Under the pieces are notes generated by a model that had not been told where the DNA came from, made no database searches, and saw nothing but the letters and a program-made list of their open reading frames with translations. A stretch of 64,000 bases of DNA from an uncultured bacterium (lineage in GTDB: Bacteria > Fidelibacterota > UBA2242), in NCBI GenBank assembly GCA_964441235.1, contig CAYTUQ010000010.1, forward strand, positions 11,549 to 75,548. Direction: 5' to 3'. Shown piece by piece: positions 20,650 to 29,690 of the stretch; positions within the stretch are counted from its first letter, which is position 1, and the number at the start of each line of letters is the position of its first letter. The translations under genes were made by a program, and so were the position numbers.

Positions 20650-20949
20650 ATGGATATAAGAAATATTCAAGATAGAATAAAAAAAGGCGCCTATCGATTT
20701 TCGGATCATGCTATTAAACGTATGATAGAACGATCACTTGACCGCAAAGATGTTGAAGAAGCAATTTCGAACGGAAAAATTATTGAAGAATATCCAGATG
20801 ATAAATATTCACCAAGTTGTTTAATTTATGGACAAACAGACACAGAACGAGATCTTCATGTTCAGATTTCTCTACCGCCAAAAGTCGTAATCGTTACAAC
20901 ATATGAACCTGATCCTCAAGAATGGATCAATTGTCAAATCAGGAGGTAA
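20650..20949 (+). CDS. DUF4258-family type II toxin
   Basis: YRFSDHAIKRMIERSL and the size are typical of DUF4258. It is paired with a zinc-finger antitoxin downstream. Confidence 0.65.
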   Translation: MDIRNIQDRIKKGAYRFSDHAIKRMIERSLDRKDVEEAISNGKIIEEYPDDKYSPSCLIYGQTDTERDLHVQISLPPKVVIVTTYEPDPQEWINCQIRR

Positions 20950-20954
20950 TTAAG

Positions 20955-21200
20955 ATGAATTGTGTATTTTGTGGAGGCAAAGTTGAGTCTAAAGAAGTAA
21001 CATTTACTTATGAAAGTGAAGATCAGGTTATTTTAGTTAGAAAAGTACCTGCTGAAGTTTGTACTCATTGTGGTGAAAAAACTTACTCTCCCAAGATTAC
21101 AGATGAACTTTTAAAATTTGCTAAATGTCGTTTTAAGCCTGTGAAAACAATCGAAACTCCGGTGTTTGATTATACGAGAAAAGTGGCTGTAAAAGTTTAG
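20955..21200 (+). CDS. YgiT/MqsA-type zinc-finger antitoxin
   Basis: CVFCGG...CTHCGE double CxxC motif. The aggagg RBS favours the ATG at 20955 over 20922. Confidence 0.6.
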   Translation: MNCVFCGGKVESKEVTFTYESEDQVILVRKVPAEVCTHCGEKTYSPKITDELLKFAKCRFKPVKTIETPVFDYTRKVAVKV

Positions 21201-21378
21201 TTTATTTTTCATTTTATAGTACTGTCACGTCACACTTGTGTCGATCGAAGATTCCTTTGGAAAGACATCTCTTCGAGATAATGACGTATAGAATATAGTA
21301 ATTTTATAACCAAAGTTTGATGGTTCTGTCAATTAAAATTGCTAAAAATATTGGCATAAAAACAATTGAGGTAGAAAA

Positions 21379-21597
21379 ATGATTACCTATACATTTTCCA
21401 AAGCAAGACAAAATTTTGCCACGGTACTTAATAAAGCAAAAGAAGATAGTGAAGTATTAATCAAACGTAAAGATGGAACTTTATTCAAAATCCAATCAGT
21501 CAAGAAAAATATGTCCCCATTTGATGTAAAAGGTATAAATCTATCAATTACGTCTGAAGAAATAGTTGATATCGTACGTGAAATAAGAGAAAGATAA
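21379..21597 (+). CDS. Phd/YefM-like antitoxin (orphan)
   Basis: MITYTFSKARQNFATVLNKA has an antitoxin-like N-terminus. No cognate toxin lies downstream; repeat DNA follows. Confidence 0.5.
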   Translation: MITYTFSKARQNFATVLNKAKEDSEVLIKRKDGTLFKIQSVKKNMSPFDVKGINLSITSEEIVDIVREIRER

Positions 21598-21829
21598 ATC
21601 GTAACCGTTCACCCCGTTAGATACTTACTATTTTAAACAACGAATATCTATTAGGGGTTGTTATCTCACGGGGTTCACGGCTTTTCCAAAGGAACTCCCT
21701 TGGAGGAAACTTGAAATTGGAAAGTAGAAATTGGGAATAAGGGAGACCTGTCTGCGTGCCTGCCTGAGAGAGTACGCTCGCAGACAGGCGGGCACGCACA
21801 GGCAGGGATGAAACGAGTTTACGAGTTGG

Positions 21830-22325
21830 ATGTCTATGCCGATCGAAGATTCTCCGAAGGAGTCCTATGTGACCTTTGTAAAGGCATGCCTTTGGCACAA
21901 ACTGGCAGAAGCGTTATCAGATATGGTTTGGCACGACTTTGATAAATGGAACAAAAAGGTTCAGAACACAGTGGGCTATCAGATAATACAATCATCTGAC
22001 AGCATAGCTGTAAATATAGCGGAAGGGTATGGTCGACACACCCCCGCTGACAGGAAAAAGTTCTATATTTACCCCGTTAAATTCTGATCCATCAGAATAT
22101 TTAACTGGGGTATATTCAAGAAGTTCATTTGAAGAAACCAAATCATGGTTGCGAAAACTTATCAGAAGAAAAGTTTTAACTGAGTCAAGCGCAACAGAAT
22201 ACAAAGCAATAGTTGCTCCGCAGGTCACAACGGTCAGACGACTCGTAGAGACTCCTTTGGAGAGCCCCCTCGGGAAAAAACTCGGCCCAAAATTGAATGC
22301 GTTCATCAACAGTACAAAAGCATGA
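21830..22325 (+). pseudogene. Four-helix-bundle (23S rRNA intervening-sequence family) protein, frameshifted
   Basis: IAEGYGRHTPADRKKFYIY in one frame continues as ...GVYSRSSFEETKSWL in the next (ORFs 21830..22087 and 22029..22325). Confidence 0.55.
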
Positions 22326-22448
22326 AGACCAAATTTCTAATTTCAACGTTCGTTGAACAGTTACTAATAAGGAAACATTCGTTATTCACACTGCAGCTAA
22401 CTTTTGACCGTTATATAATCCGTCTAATTTCTATTTAAAGCAAGAAAT

Positions 22449-24461
22449 ATGAACCGATCTCAGGCAGAACAAAAACTACAACAAATATTTAACATTGATC
22501 ATTTTTATGACGACCAATGGGATACGATCAAGAGAATTCTAAATGGTGAAAGAATCCTGTTAGTCGAAAAAACCGGCTTCGGTAAATCTCTCTGTTATCA
22601 GTTCCCGGCAACTCAATTTTCCGGTTTGACAATAATCTTTTCACCCTTGATTGCATTGATGCGCGACCAGGTTAAATACTTAAAATCAATCGGTATTCCA
22701 ACTGAATGCGTGAATAGCGGGCAAGAGTCCGAAGAAAATACTGAAATAATGGAAAAGGCAAAAAACGGACAAATCAAAATTCTTTATATTGCCCCCGAAC
22801 GACAGGAGAACCGGGAATGGTTGGAAGCCGTTCGCAATATGCAAATCTCGATGGTGGTCATTGATGAAGCCCATTGTATCTCTGTATGGGGGCACGATTT
22901 CAGACCAGCCTTTCGTCGCATCGTCAGTTTGGTAAAATTGCTCCCGCAAAATTTTCCGGTATTAGCAACAACAGCAACTGCCACTAAAAGAGTAGCAGAA
23001 GACGTACGAACACAAATTGGAAATAATGCTACTCTTATTCGCGGAAATCTACTACGGGAAAATTTCCATTTAAGTGTAGTTAAAGTATCTAATGAAGAAT
23101 CCAAAATGGCATGGCTGGCAGGATTTCTTCAAAAGCAGGAAGGAAATGGTCTGGTTTATACCGGAACAAGAGTCAACACGGATCTTTTTTCTTCCTGGTT
23201 GCAATTTGCCGGTATAAGCGCGGCAAACTATAATGCCGGTTTGGATTCAGAATCCAGAAAAGACATTGAGAACGGATTAATTGAGAACAGGTGGAAATGT
23301 ATTGTTTCAACCAATGCACTTGGAATGGGGATTGACAAACCGGATATTCGATTTATTATTCACACGCAAATACCTCAATCTCCCATCCATTACTACCAGG
23401 AAATCGGAAGAGCGGGACGAGATGGATTACCGACGAGAATTGTTCTATTATATAACCCGGATGATAAGGAATTGCCGGAACATTTCATCAAAAATAGTCG
23501 CCCCTCGATAAAAAAATATGAAAGAGTTATTGATGCCCTCAAAACCGAACCGATGAGCGAATGGAATTTGATGCGTGCAACAAATCTTACACAGACACAA
23601 GTACGAGTTATTAGAGCAGATTTGATTGATCAAGGCATCATTAAAGAAGTGATGTATGGCAGAAGTAAAAAATACGAATACCAGTATGGCGCATCTCAAC
23701 TTGATACGAGACCTTTTGAAGAACTTCGGAATTTCAAGATGGCTGAACTGGAACAGATGATATCCTATTCCGAGTCCTCAACCTGTAGAATGGATTTTCT
23801 TTGTCGCTATCTTGGCGACGATACTGTCAATCATTGTGGAAAATGTGATAATGATTTACAAAAAAACCTTCATTACGGTCTCTCTGAATACTGGCAAAAA
23901 AAGATTAATGAATTCAGGGATTCTTATTTCCCCGAGTTGGAAATTGAATTAAAAAATTCCAATATCGTCAACGGCGTCGCATGTTCATATTATGGCATAT
24001 CCAATGTTGGCGCGGCAATACACCGTTGTAAATATGAAAACGGCGGCGATTTCCCCAACCATTTATTGAGACAAACTTTAAGGGCATTCAGACACAAATT
24101 TGGAAATGAGGAATTTGACCTTGTCGTATATGTTCCACCAACAGAATCAGGTGATCTTGTGAAGAATTTTGCAGAAAAAGTGGCGCGGACATTAAAATTC
24201 CCATTATCACACAAACTTGTGAAAATAACTAACACGAAACCACAAAAAGTATTTCAAAACTCTGTCTTGAAACACGATAATGTAAAAGATGTATTTTCAT
24301 ACCAGGATGAATCCAGGATTATTGGTAAGAAGATTTTATTAATTGACGATATTTATGATAGTGGCGCAACTATTAAGGAAATTGGACGATTATTTACTAA
24401 ATTAGGGGCAGAGAAAATTGCGCCATTAGTAATAGCAAAGACAGTGGGGGGCGATATTTAA
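22449..24461 (+). CDS. RecQ-family helicase fused to a C-terminal ComF-type phosphoribosyltransferase domain (PsyrT-like)
   Basis: RecQ motifs: [23 protein letters not shown], and the Zn module CRMDFLCRY...CGKCDN. The C-terminal ~190 aa carry the PRTase signature NVKDVF...[16 protein letters not shown]. Confidence 0.85.
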   Translation: MNRSQAEQKLQQIFNIDHFYDDQWDTIKRILNGERILLVEKTGFGKSLCYQFPATQFSGLTIIFSPLIALMRDQVKYLKSIGIPTECVNSGQESEENTEIMEKAKNGQIKILYIAPERQENREWLEAVRNMQISMVVIDEAHCISVWGHDFRPAFRRIVSLVKLLPQNFPVLATTATATKRVAEDVRTQIGNNATLIRGNLLRENFHLSVVKVSNEESKMAWLAGFLQKQEGNGLVYTGTRVNTDLFSSWLQFAGISAANYNAGLDSESRKDIENGLIENRWKCIVSTNALGMGIDKPDIRFIIHTQIPQSPIHYYQEIGRAGRDGLPTRIVLLYNPDDKELPEHFIKNSRPSIKKYERVIDALKTEPMSEWNLMRATNLTQTQVRVIRADLIDQGIIKEVMYGRSKKYEYQYGASQLDTRPFEELRNFKMAELEQMISYSESSTCRMDFLCRYLGDDTVNHCGKCDNDLQKNLHYGLSEYWQKKINEFRDSYFPELEIELKNSNIVNGVACSYYGISNVGAAIHRCKYENGGDFPNHLLRQTLRAFRHKFGNEEFDLVVYVPPTESGDLVKNFAEKVARTLKFPLSHKLVKITNTKPQKVFQNSVLKHDNVKDVFSYQDESRIIGKKILLIDDIYDSGATIKEIGRLFTKLGAEKIAPLVIAKTVGGDI

Positions 24462-25579
24462 TGAGTGATATTCAACAATATGCCTATTGGATGGCTTTAG
24501 CCCATTTACCAAAATGGCGAACGGAAAAAATAAATCGTTTAATTGTGGAAATTCTACACGAACGAAATATGTCCTTTTCTGAATTTTTTGAGATGGATCA
24601 AAAAAGTTGGTCAGAAGAATTTCAGTTCAATTCAAAAGAATTAAATGATCTGGATACAGCAAAATCCGAACTTCCCAATTATTCTTTTCTCGTTGAAGAT
24701 TTACTAAATCAGGGCTTTGAATTAATTCCAATAGATGCCGATGATTACTCACCCACCCTAAAAAATAATTTAAAACTGAAATATGCCCCGCCTTTACTTT
24801 ACACTAAAGGAAACAAAAGTTTACTGAAAGAATCATCCATTGCTATCGTTGGTTCACGAAACGCTTCTGATATTTCTTTGGAATTCACAAAGAATATTGC
24901 TAAAAATACTGTTAAGAACTTTCAGGTTGTCGTCAGCGGTTTTGCGAAAGGCGTTGATCGAACAGCATTAGAAGAAACTTTAGCCGCATACGGTAGAAGC
25001 ATCATTGTTCTGCCGCAGGGGATTATGACTTTTGCCAGTGGTTTTAAGAAATATTATTCCCGGATAATTGAAGGTGATATCCTGATTTTAAGCGCTTATC
25101 ACCCCAAAGCGCCCTGGTCCGTCGGACTTGCAATGGGACGAAATGCTTACATTTACGGTTTAGCGGATAAAATCTATGTAGCCGAATCTGATGTAAAAGG
25201 CGGAACCTGGTCAGGTGTGGTTGACGGCTTGAGAAAAAACAGGGAAATCTATGTTCGCAAACCAAACCCTGGTGAAAATAACGCTAATGATTTATTGATT
25301 TTAAAAGGCGCGACGCCGGTAAGTATTAATGGCGATATCGTACAAAAAGAAGAATTAGAGAATTTTGAAGAACGGGTGAAAAACGTTCTTTCATCCAAAC
25401 CGTTAACCGCAAGTGAAATAAAAGATAAAATTCATATTGATATTGATACGCGAAAACTATCGTCTATGCTTTCTGAATTGGCATTTGTTGTTAAGGAAAA
25501 GGGAAATAGTAAAAACCGTTTCAGGCTTAAGAATTCAGAGGTTGTTCAAACAAATTTATTTGATTCACGTGATATCTAA
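24461..25579 (+). CDS. DprA/Smf-like Rossmann protein (PsyrA-like partner)
   Basis: PPLLYTKGN...IAIVGSRNAS...GFAKGVD...IVLPQGI...ILILSAYHP...WSVGLAMGRNAYIYGLADKIYVAESDVKGGTWSGV is the DprA core. Its start overlaps the upstream stop (TAATG). Confidence 0.8.
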   Translation: MSDIQQYAYWMALAHLPKWRTEKINRLIVEILHERNMSFSEFFEMDQKSWSEEFQFNSKELNDLDTAKSELPNYSFLVEDLLNQGFELIPIDADDYSPTLKNNLKLKYAPPLLYTKGNKSLLKESSIAIVGSRNASDISLEFTKNIAKNTVKNFQVVVSGFAKGVDRTALEETLAAYGRSIIVLPQGIMTFASGFKKYYSRIIEGDILILSAYHPKAPWSVGLAMGRNAYIYGLADKIYVAESDVKGGTWSGVVDGLRKNREIYVRKPNPGENNANDLLILKGATPVSINGDIVQKEELENFEERVKNVLSSKPLTASEIKDKIHIDIDTRKLSSMLSELAFVVKEKGNSKNRFRLKNSEVVQTNLFDSRDI

Positions 25580-25590
25580 TCCCCACTATA

Positions 25591-25622
25591 CCCCACGGCA
25601 AACCGCCGTCGGTGAGTTTTTT
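25591..25622 (+). terminator. Rho-independent terminator after the DprA-like gene
   Basis: GC hairpin cggcaaaccgccg..ggtgag followed by a TTTTTT run. Confidence 0.4.
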
Positions 25623-25823
25623 CAATAAAAGAATAAAACCGGGAATGTTGGTTCTTTCTGTAAACCTATTTTTATATATTTTTTAATAAAACAATTGCGT
25701 ACTTCAAGTTAGACCGCCAAAATGGTGAAATACTAATAAATGGTATCATTATAGATAAAAATAACTTGATAATTCTTTTGGTAAATAGTACATTTGGAAT
25801 GTACAGTAGGAAAGGTAATACAT

Positions 25824-26054
25824 ATGCAAACAATTGCAGTAAATGAATTAAGAGCGAATTTAATGAAGGTCTTAAAAAAAATTGAATATGGAGAAAGTCT
25901 TGATATTACCTCTCAAGGTAAAGTCGTTGCTAAACTAGTACCTCCTGAATATAGTAGAGAAAAAGCAAGAAATAAACTAAAGGAAATTAGAAAGAGAGCT
26001 GTAATACATGATGTAATTTCTTCCATCGATGTTGAATGGGAGACAATGCAATAA
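25824..26054 (+). CDS. Phd/YefM-family antitoxin
   Basis: MQTIAVNELRANLMKVLKKIEYGESL. RBS aggaaagg. Overlaps the PIN gene start. Confidence 0.75.
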   Translation: MQTIAVNELRANLMKVLKKIEYGESLDITSQGKVVAKLVPPEYSREKARNKLKEIRKRAVIHDVISSIDVEWETMQ

Positions 26055-26554
26055 TGATAACTGTAGACACCCATATCATTATTTGGGATGCTTTGAAACC
26101 GGAATTGCTAAGTGAAAAAGCAAAAAGTGAATTGGAACGAGCAAACCAAACAGATGGGATTATTTTCTGCGATATTTCTCTTTGGGAAATTGCAATGCTG
26201 ATTAAGAAGAAAAGAATAGAAATTGATGTCCCATATCTTGAATTCATAGATTTAGTTAAAGCTTCAAATAATTACATTTTTCAAGAAATAACTCCAGAGA
26301 TTGCTGAATTATCTGCCAATTTAACATTAGATATTAATTCAGACCCAGCTGATAGATTAACCCTACTACGTCATTTAGTACTTTTGTATACAATATGTTG
26401 TTTGTATATGTTAATGTTAACCAAACATATAGTGCTATATCTTATAAGTTACGTTGTAGGGTTAATTAGCGACACTTCTCTTATTTCCAATACTACACTA
26501 ATCACAGCTGATAAAAACCTAAGAAAATCGAAAGAATTAAGAACAATATGGTAA
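26054..26554 (+). CDS. VapC PIN-domain toxin carrying an ~40-aa in-frame insertion
   Basis: MITVDTHII...DISLWEI...DPADRL then an atypical hydrophobic stretch before the terminal ...TTLITADKNL PIN block. Confidence 0.65.
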   Translation: MITVDTHIIIWDALKPELLSEKAKSELERANQTDGIIFCDISLWEIAMLIKKKRIEIDVPYLEFIDLVKASNNYIFQEITPEIAELSANLTLDINSDPADRLTLLRHLVLLYTICCLYMLMLTKHIVLYLISYVVGLISDTSLISNTTLITADKNLRKSKELRTIW

Positions 26555-26616
26555 AGGCGGTATAACATTCGTTGACGTTACACCCCTCTGGCGGGGTAAC
26601 GTTTTAACCTGTTGTC

Positions 26617-26883
26617 TTACATATCCGTAGGACATAATTCAAAGATTTTCGCTCTTTTATAATTCAAACTTATTTCTAATGTTTCTTGAAAAAAACAACG
26701 GCATACATCACCTATGTCCGTTAGAAGGATAAAATTCAAAATGTAAATATTTTTTCTATAACTGAAGTTCCCCCGAAATTGGAAATCCCTTATAACGCAT
26801 TTTTTATCTTTACTCAACGCCAGACGCTGGAATAGTCCGGAATTAATCTGCCGCCGCAGTTCCCGAACCGACCAGTTATCCAA
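26617..26883 (-). pseudogene. Fragment of a DUF1016/YhcG-like (PD-(D/E)xK) protein
   Basis: NWSVRELRRQINSGLFQRLALSKD matches the conserved YhcG-family block. No full-length ORF is present. Confidence 0.45.
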
Positions 26884-27007
26884 ATAACTCTGATTTTTTT
26901 AAAATTGGCGTTCGAGATTGTCCTTGATTTTCAGTAATTCTAGTAATATGACCAATTTAATATTTGTGACCGTGTTCCACTTTTTTACAATTATCCTGAC
27001 AGTGCCA

Positions 27008-27163
27008 GGATTATCGGGTGGATTGAGCGAAAAAGGAAATAGTATCCGGCATTCAGTATCCAGTATCAAATTTCATCCATGCTTCTCCCGCTCGGGCGGT
27101 CACAAAGGACTCATAGGAGAACATACATGACAAGAATTTCTAATTTCTAATTTCTAATATCAG
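27008..27163 (+). repeat. Second direct repeat of the MMPL 3'-terminal sequence (ggattatcgggtggattgag...aatttctaatttctaatttc), with a ~95-bp internal insert
   Basis: Matches 20312-20372. A partial third aatttctaatttc copy sits at 22332. Confidence 0.6.
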
Positions 27164-27396
27164 TCGGTACGGTTATTCACTTAGGACTTGACAATAGAAT
27201 CATAAAAGAGTAAAATATTAGCGTAATGACTATAGATGAACAAAAGCGAATAGACATTTCTCGATTGAGAAACATTGCTAAAAAGTTTCTCTATATAGAC
27301 ATTTATTTCTCGATAGAGAAACTATGAAATGAATTAACGTTTGCAAGTTAAAAATATGTTAGGTTTAATAAAAATGAATAAATGATATAGGTATAT

Positions 27397-27798
27397 ATGA
27401 AAATGAAAAGATCTTTAGGAATAACGATAATTGGATGGTATTTCATCGTTCAGGGATGGATAGCACTCGGACAGTACGGTGATATTGGTAATTTTGCATT
27501 AGTTCTTGTAGCTTTATTTGTATGTATTGGCATCGGCTTGCTCAAACTATTTAACATTGCAAGAATTGCCGCTATACTTTTATTTGTTATTCTATCCTGT
27601 TATTCTTTATTTCTCACCATTAATTTATCAAGTCAATATTCAGACTCTATGATTGTAGGGAAAGCCATATCCATGCTTATATTTAGTACGGTGTTATTAA
27701 TTATATTCTTGTTTTTCTTTACAAGGCCTAATATTAAAAACCAATTCAAAGAAAAAAGTAGTTCAAAAAATAAAAATAATGGGTCTGTTAATTCATAA
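27397..27798 (+). CDS. Small integral membrane protein (4 TM)
   Basis: Hydrophobic helices with a K/S-rich tail. No family recognised. Confidence 0.45.
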   Translation: MKMKRSLGITIIGWYFIVQGWIALGQYGDIGNFALVLVALFVCIGIGLLKLFNIARIAAILLFVILSCYSLFLTINLSSQYSDSMIVGKAISMLIFSTVLLIIFLFFFTRPNIKNQFKEKSSSKNKNNGSVNS

Positions 27799-27824
27799 TA
27801 GAAAATTTTACATATATTGACAAT

Positions 27825-28014
27825 GATAAGCCGACCGCAGGCGGTCGGCTTATCGGCACGGGAGTTGTTGGCTCACTCCATGAAAGTCCGCCTGCGGCGG
27901 CCTATCAATGTCGTTCGAGCCGACCCCGCCTACGGCGGCTACGTCCTGTACTCGCATCTGAGAGAAATCCTTTCTCTCCTTGCTGCGTACAGGATGCGGC
28001 TCAACTCCCGTGCC
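27825..28014 (+). mobile_element. 190-bp GC-rich hairpin-ended miniature element, copy 1 (PATE / IS200-605-derived-like)
   Basis: Perfect 30-nt palindrome gataagccgaccgcaggcggtcggcttatc at one end, with ggcacgggagttg...caactcccgtgcc enclosing the rest. It is essentially identical to the inverted copy at 42620-42809 and much GC-richer than the host. The ORF called inside it is rejected. Confidence 0.65.
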
Positions 28015-28047
28015 GTTAGCACAATAAAATGAAGAGGCAGATATAAA

Positions 28048-28626
28048 TTGTCATTAGTATATCGAAATTATAAAAATCAGGAATTCTATCTTCATAAATC
28101 TTTAACAAAAAAAGGTAATCCCAAATATTACTTTTCTACTAAGAAAGAAGGAGAACTTGTTGATTATATTCCTGACGGATATGAAATATACGAAAATCCA
28201 AATGGGCAGGTTTTTTTAAGTAGAATACAACCAAAGCTTATTACTGATGATGAAAAGAGCATTGTTTTAAATGGAATGTACAAATATTCGGATGTAAATA
28301 TATTTAAAATTGATGTAAAGAGAGATATAATAAACATTTATACTCCTGATCAAGATATTGAAGAACTCTCAAAATTTATAGAGATGTCTCCCCTTAGAAG
28401 AAAAAATAGAGATAAAGATAACATAATTAATCAAGTAGTTCATTATTCACCTGTTTTACAATTTATATTAGTTGATAGTTCAATGAGGCATTTTATAACA
28501 AGAAGATATTGTTATTTAGGTTCAATAGATGATTGGATTGAGATCGGACAAATTGGAATACTATCAGATTTAGTGAAGAAATATGTAAAGCATATTGGTA
28601 AAGATTCATATTATGATTTAGATTAA
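28048..28626 (+). CDS. Hypothetical protein (192 aa)
   Basis: ORF with no recognisable motifs. It lies in an accessory region. Confidence 0.45.
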   Translation: MSLVYRNYKNQEFYLHKSLTKKGNPKYYFSTKKEGELVDYIPDGYEIYENPNGQVFLSRIQPKLITDDEKSIVLNGMYKYSDVNIFKIDVKRDIINIYTPDQDIEELSKFIEMSPLRRKNRDKDNIINQVVHYSPVLQFILVDSSMRHFITRRYCYLGSIDDWIEIGQIGILSDLVKKYVKHIGKDSYYDLD

Positions 28627-28815
28627 AAAAATAAGGTGCTAACCATCTCATGCACCCGACAGCGAACGCAGTTGCATGATTGGAGGGATTTAGAGTTTGG
28701 GAATCATTAGTGAAAGAGTTAAAGGTTTACTGATTTAAGTTCGCTGCGGGTGATGAAGTTTCCGTTATCTGCCATTATTAAAGGTATGAAGGTAGATTTG
28801 TGAGAGGAGTTTTAT

Positions 28816-29601
28816 ATGGAACAGTTTAATCAAAAAAATTATTGGACATGGAGGAAAATATTGACGGGTTTAGGAGTTATATTAATCTTGATTATTATCT
28901 ACTTTGTAAATAGAGACTCCACGAATTTGCCAGAACAGATTAAGAAACACCCAAAAGAGACAAAATTATTAGAAGACGAAGCTCGTGAAGCAGTTTCATC
29001 TATGGACCAGGATGATATAAATCTGATGGAAGAACTCACTCAAAAGGCAATTAATCTATTACCCGATGATGAAAAACAACAGCTCATATCCTTGCAACTT
29101 CGGTTCAATGAATATAGTTATGATGCCCTAACAGAAAACGAAATAAATACAATGCAACAGTTAAACAAAAAAGCCATTGGTTTATTATCCACAGAAGATA
29201 ATCTAAAACTAAGCAAGATATTTGAAAGAGCCGTGGATGAAGTTCGTAAAGATATTAAAGAACAAATTCCTAATCAAGACAACTCCCGTTTGAAAGAACT
29301 GGTGGGTAAATTGGATGACCCTGATGAAGCAGTGAGATGGAAAGCAATATTGGAATTAGAAAGGCTGGGGCCAAAGGCAAAGGAAATAATTCCAGACCTT
29401 ATACGGTACTTAGAGAATGATGATTGGCGGATTAGGTATTATGCCGTTGAAATACTGGGAATGATAGGTTCAGATGCTAAAGCTGCTTTCTCAGCTTTAC
29501 AAAAGGTATCAAAAGACCCTGATTGGAAAGTTCGCAAGAGAGCTTCATGGGCACTCGATGAAATATCAAAAAATAATAAAAAGAATAATACCGGCAGATA
29601 A
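28816..29601 (+). CDS. HEAT/PBS-lyase-like repeat protein with an N-terminal TM anchor
   Basis: DDPDEAVRWKAILELERLG...DDWRIRYYAVEILGMIG...DPDWKVRKRASWALDEI HEAT repeats. Internal DD.NLMEELTQKAI / ENEINTMQQLNKKAI repeats. Confidence 0.7.
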   Translation: MEQFNQKNYWTWRKILTGLGVILILIIIYFVNRDSTNLPEQIKKHPKETKLLEDEAREAVSSMDQDDINLMEELTQKAINLLPDDEKQQLISLQLRFNEYSYDALTENEINTMQQLNKKAIGLLSTEDNLKLSKIFERAVDEVRKDIKEQIPNQDNSRLKELVGKLDDPDEAVRWKAILELERLGPKAKEIIPDLIRYLENDDWRIRYYAVEILGMIGSDAKAAFSALQKVSKDPDWKVRKRASWALDEISKNNKKNNTGR

Positions 29602-29619
29602 CAAAACGCTGCACCAGAC

Positions 29620-29659
29620 CGCTATTCCGCTACGCTCCATAGCGGCAGGTGAATTTTTT
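29620..29659 (+). terminator. Rho-independent terminator
   Basis: ccgctat(12-nt loop)atagcgg hairpin + caggtgaaTTTTTT. It shares the ggtgaRtttttt tail with the 25591 terminator. Confidence 0.4.
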
Positions 29660-29690
29660 CGTTAGGTTATTACTTTTACGAGGATAAAAT

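Noticed and set aside
25437-25628. Small ORFs 25437..25628 and 29474..29665 ending ...GEFFQ / ...GEFFR
   Set aside because: Their 3' ends are the hairpin+TTTTTT terminators (ggtgaRtttttt). The frames overlap upstream genes and look spurious.
27817-28032. 71-aa ORF (and its twin 42563..42769) inside the 190-bp GC-rich element
   Set aside because: Both lie wholly within identical copies of a hairpin-ended miniature element. The arginine-rich frame is a by-product of GC-rich palindromic DNA, and one copy sits antisense inside a disrupted gene.
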